From Somniosus microcephalus (taxonomy: Eukaryota): DNA of 64,000 nucleotides. The notes under the pieces were generated by a model, which was given only the letters and a program-made list of their open reading frames with translations, had not been told where the DNA came from and did not search any database. The stretch's first letter is position 1. Each line of letters begins with the position of its first letter. Made by a program: the position numbers and the translations under genes. The stretch lies in assembly GCA_052327205.1 (NCBI GenBank), contig CM126221.1, positions 43,090,001-43,154,000 of the forward strand. The letters are read 5' to 3'. Below, piece after piece: positions 60,055 to 64,000 of this stretch.

Positions 60055-62255
60055 GAGGCCTTGAATCTAACTACAAGGGTATGAGGGACAAGTTGGCCAT
60101 GGTAGATTGGGAGACTACACTAAAAGGTATGAAGGTGGACATACAATGGCTAACATTCAAGGAAATAATGCATAATTTGCAACAAACATATATTCCTCTG
60201 GGGCATAAAAACCCAAAAGGAAAAGTGATCCAACCATGGCTAACAAAAGAAATTAAAGCTAATATTAAGTCAAAGGAGGAAGCTTATAAAGTTGCCAGAA
60301 AAAGCGGTCAGCCTGAGGATTGGGATCTTTTTAGAAATCAGTAAAGGGGGACCAAGAAATTGATGAAGGGAAAATGGAATATGAGCACAAACTAGCGAAA
60401 AATAAAAAATCGGATTGTAAAAGCTTCTATAGGTATGTGAAAAGGAAAAGACTGGCGAAGGTAAATGTAGGTCCTTTACAGTCAGAGATGGGAGAATTTA
60501 TAATGGGGAATGAGGAAATGGCAGAGAAATTAAATAAATAATTTGTTTTTGTCTTCACGGAGGAAGACACAAAATACCTCGCAGAAATACGAGAAAGCCA
60601 AGGGTGTGACGAGAATGAGGAACTTAAAGAAATTGTTATTAGCAAAAAAAACAGTACTAGCAAAATTAATGGGACTAAAAGTCAATAAATCTCAAGGACC
60701 GGATAACCTACATCCTAGGGTTTTGAAAGCGGTGGCCATTGGAATAGTGGACGCATTGGTTGTCATCTTCCAGAATCTATAGAATTTTGGAACGGTTCCT
60801 GCAGATTGGAGGATAGCAAATGTAACCCTGCTATTTAAGAAAGGAGGGAGAGAGAAAATGGGGAACTACAGACCTGATGGCCTCACATCAGTAGTTGGGA
60901 AAATGCTGGAATCCATTATAAAGGATGCAGTAACTGGGCACTTAGAAACTAATAGTAAGATTGGGCAGAGTCAGCATGGATTTATGAAAGGGAAATCCTG
61001 TTTGACAAACCTATTGGAGTTCTTTGAGGATGTAACCAGTGGAGTAGACAAAGGGGAACCGGTAGATGTGGTGTATCTGGATTTTCAGAAGGCCTTCGAT
61101 AAGGTCCCACACAAGAGGTTGGTGAACAAAATTAGGGCACATGGAATTGGGGGTAATATACTAGCATGGATTGAGAATTGGTTAACAGACAGAAAACAAA
61201 GTAGGGATAAACGGGTCTTTTTCAGGATGGCAGGCTGTGACTAGTGGGGTACCGCAAGGATCAGTGCTTGGGCCCCAGCTATTCACAATCTAGATCAATG
61301 ATTTGGATGAGGGGACTAAATGTAACATTTCCAAATTTGCTGATGATACAAAGCTAGGTGGCAGTGTAGGATGTGAAGAGGCTTTAAGGGGATCTCAACA
61401 GGCTCAGTGAGTGGGTGAGAACATGGCAGATGGAATATAATGTGGATAAATGTGAAGTTATCCACTTTGGTAGAAAAAACAGAAAGGCAGAGTTATTCCT
61501 AAATGGTGAAAGATTGGGGAATGCAGATGCTCAAAGGGACCTGGATGTCCTTGTGCATGAGTCCCTGAAAGTGAATGTGCAGGTGCAGCAAGCCATTAGG
61601 AAGGCAAATGGTATGCTGGCCTTCATTACAAGAGGATTTGAGTACAGGAGTAAAGAAATCTTACTCCAATTATATAGGGCCTTGGTGAGACCACGCCTGG
61701 AGTACTGTGTACAATTATGGTCTCCTTCCCTAAGGAAGGATATACTTGCCAATAGAGGGAGTGCAACGAAGGTTCACGAGATTGATTCCTGGGATGGTGG
61801 GACTGTCGTATGAGAAGAGATTGAGTAAACTAGGCCTGTATTCTCTTGAATTCAGAAGAATGAGAGGGGACCTCATTGAAGCATACAAAATTATTATAGG
61901 GCTTGATGGTGTGGATGCTGGAATGCTTCCCTTGGCTGGGGAGTCTAGAACCAGGGGCCACAGCCTCAGGATAAAGGGTAGGCCGTTCAGGACTGAGATG
62001 AGAAGAAATTTCTTCACACACAGGGTGGTGAATCTTTGGAATTCTCTACCCCAGAGGACTGTGGAGGCTCAGTTATTGGGCATATTCAAAACAGAAGTCA
62101 ATAGATTTCTGACTAGTAAGGGCATCAAGGGATATGGCGATAGGGCTGGTGAATGGAGTTGAGGCAGAAGATCGGCCATGACCTCACTGAATGGCAGAGC
62201 AGGCTCGAAGGGCCGACTGGCCTACTCCTGCTCCTAATTCTTATGTTCTTATGTT
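60055..62255 (+). mobile_element. 5'-truncated CR1 LINE ORF2 with 3' tail
   Basis: ORFs 60081-62162 (QPWLTKE, KSQGPDNLHPRVLK, YLDFQKAFDKVPH, FADD, RGDLIEAYK); tail ttcttatgttcttatg. Confidence 0.92.
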
Positions 62256-62328
62256 TGCTGAAGTGCCAAGTGGAGCAGATGCAATGAAAAGACAGGGTAA
62301 CTAACCACTCCATAGCAATAGACCCAGT

Positions 62329-62913
62329 GGAGTCAGTTGTAGCTTTTAGGCAACCGACTGGTGGAGCGTGCTGGCTGTTCCCCCATACCCGTACCGAAGA
62401 GGCTGCTGTGATTTTTGAGGCCCCGGCTTCATTTACATCTAGGTGGCCAGCAGTGGTGCGCAAACAGATGTCCCAGTGCAGTCCACCAGATCGAGGCTGA
62501 CCAATATTGGGCTTCCCCCAGCCGACAGCTAACTGCGGGAGGGTCGCAGTTGCTGGGGGGGCGCAAGAGCTCCCTGGGCGGCAGCTCCACTGGGCCCCAC
62601 AAACATAATTTGGAAGTTACCTTTGCGGGTCGTCTTCAGTTCCATCACACGTGGAACTGGTCGGAGCCTGCATGGCACACGCTCCCACCGGTTTAGACCC
62701 AAAATGACAATTGAGGTCCTAGGACCCCAATTTGCATATTGAAAGGGGCCTACCACCTGAAATAGGGGGTTGCTTTGGGCGCCCAGCGGTAGGCCCTTTT
62801 CAAAATGGTGCTGACTGCATCGTCGGTGTTAACGGGGCGATAAGGCTGCCAATCTCATTTTGAAGTAGTTACTGCCCTGTTAACACCAGGCATAGCAAGT
62901 GATAATTGACTCC
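62329..62913. mobile_element. GC-rich non-autonomous DNA transposon (PIF/Harbinger-like MITE)
   Basis: Imperfect inverted termini ggagtcagttgtagctt / aagtgataattgactcc, flanked on both sides by AGT. Confidence 0.5.
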
Positions 62914-63114
62914 AGTGTTTATTGCATCCCTACTAACCAAGTTTTATTGCATACTTTTTTGGTTTGGCCAAATTTTTTCAAACTCCTTTGCTGGACCTCA
63001 CTCCAGTGCGTCCTCTCCACTTTGTGCTTCAGCAAGTGGCCCGTTACAGATGTCCACAGATGAATGTGGTAAACAGAAATCATTTTATGCAGAACAGTTG
63101 AAAACTAAACTTTT

Positions 63115-63270
63115 TAGACACCCCTTAAAACCTAGCTCTTTGACCAAGCTTTGGTCACCTGTCCTAATGTCTCTTTTAGCTCGGTGTCAATTGTTGTTTG
63201 ATTACGCTCGTGTGAAGTGCTTTGGGATGTTTTATTATGTTAAAGATGCTATATAAACCCAAGTTGTTTT
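63115..63270 (+). mobile_element. L2 3' tail
   Basis: ctctttgaccaagctttggtcacctg..ttaaagatgctatataaa, as at 38660-38800. Confidence 0.7.
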
Positions 63271-63394
63271 GTAAAATTTTTGAAGTTCACCTGTTAATGT
63301 TTCTAATTTTGACCATACTGTTAATCAGCACAGTTCTACATAGCCTGCTCCTTGGTCCCACTATAATAGCACAATGCAAAATACAATATAGGTT

Positions 63395-63665
63395 AAATCT
63401 TTCAAGGTAATTGGCAAAAGAACCAGAGGGGACAGATGAGGATTTTTTTTTTATGTAGCGAGTTGTTGTGATCTGGAATGCACTGCCTGAAAGGGCAGTG
63501 GAAGCGGATTCAGTAGTAACTTTCAAAAGGGAATTGGATAAATACTGGAAGGGGGAAAATTCACAGGCCTATGGGGAAAGAGCAGGGGAGTGGAACTAAC
63601 TGGATAGCTCTTTCACAGAGCTGGCATAGACATGATGGGCTGAATGGTCTCTTGTGATCTATGGT
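63395..63665 (+). mobile_element. CR1 3' end fragment
   Basis: VIGKRTRG..IWNALPE remnant and gatgggctgaatgg tail. Confidence 0.7.
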
Positions 63666-64000
63666 TTTATGAAATTAGTTTTCCAGGGTGTGAGGGAAAA
63701 CTGCAATGCTGACAAAGTAATTCGGTACCCTATGGGATAAGTACAGATCTTCACAGATGCAATTTTTTAAAACTCCAGTAGTAGAAATGAAGACTCCTTT
63801 GTCCTCGAGGCAAACTAATCAAATCATGCACCATAATGATTTTGGACTGAATACCTATTTTTAGCATTTGCTTATAAATTTAGCAGCAGAAACTCTTGTA
63901 TCTGACCTTTTTAAATAAAACTGTTACGTCTGATCAGGAATACTGAACATCATCTTGTAGATGAATTTATTGTTGCAGTGATTGCTAAATCACCTCCTTG

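Overview
Eukaryotic, repeat-rich vertebrate DNA, most likely a shark or ray: it carries HE1-like V-SINE, Deu-domain SINEs and abundant CR1/L2 LINEs. The window lies inside a + strand spectraplakin gene, best read as MACF1. I can read three constitutive exons of the first calponin-homology (CH1) actin-binding domain (25879-25968, 35671-35748, 37433-37525) and the large alternative first exon of the CH1-less, 'MGNSLGC...' isoform-3 type (58509-59720). Two exon candidates are not visible in the ORF track: a cassette microexon inside CH1 with two in-frame donors (36 or 96 nt, 30981-31016/31076), and a possible extra first exon (MWFTS, 25010-25024) behind tandem RFX X-boxes. The introns hold a near full-length CR1 with a tandem-repeat 5' end and two Gypsy elements. 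The first is very young, with identical 319-bp LTRs, no tRNA primer site (a fold-back onto its own LTR instead), a YLDN RT motif and a +1 gag/pol junction. The second lacks RT and is nested in a truncated Tx1-like LINE. There are also two Harbinger-like MITEs and a 130-N assembly gap. All family and orthology assignments come from recalled sequence patterns, not database searches. Boundaries of old repeats are approximate.
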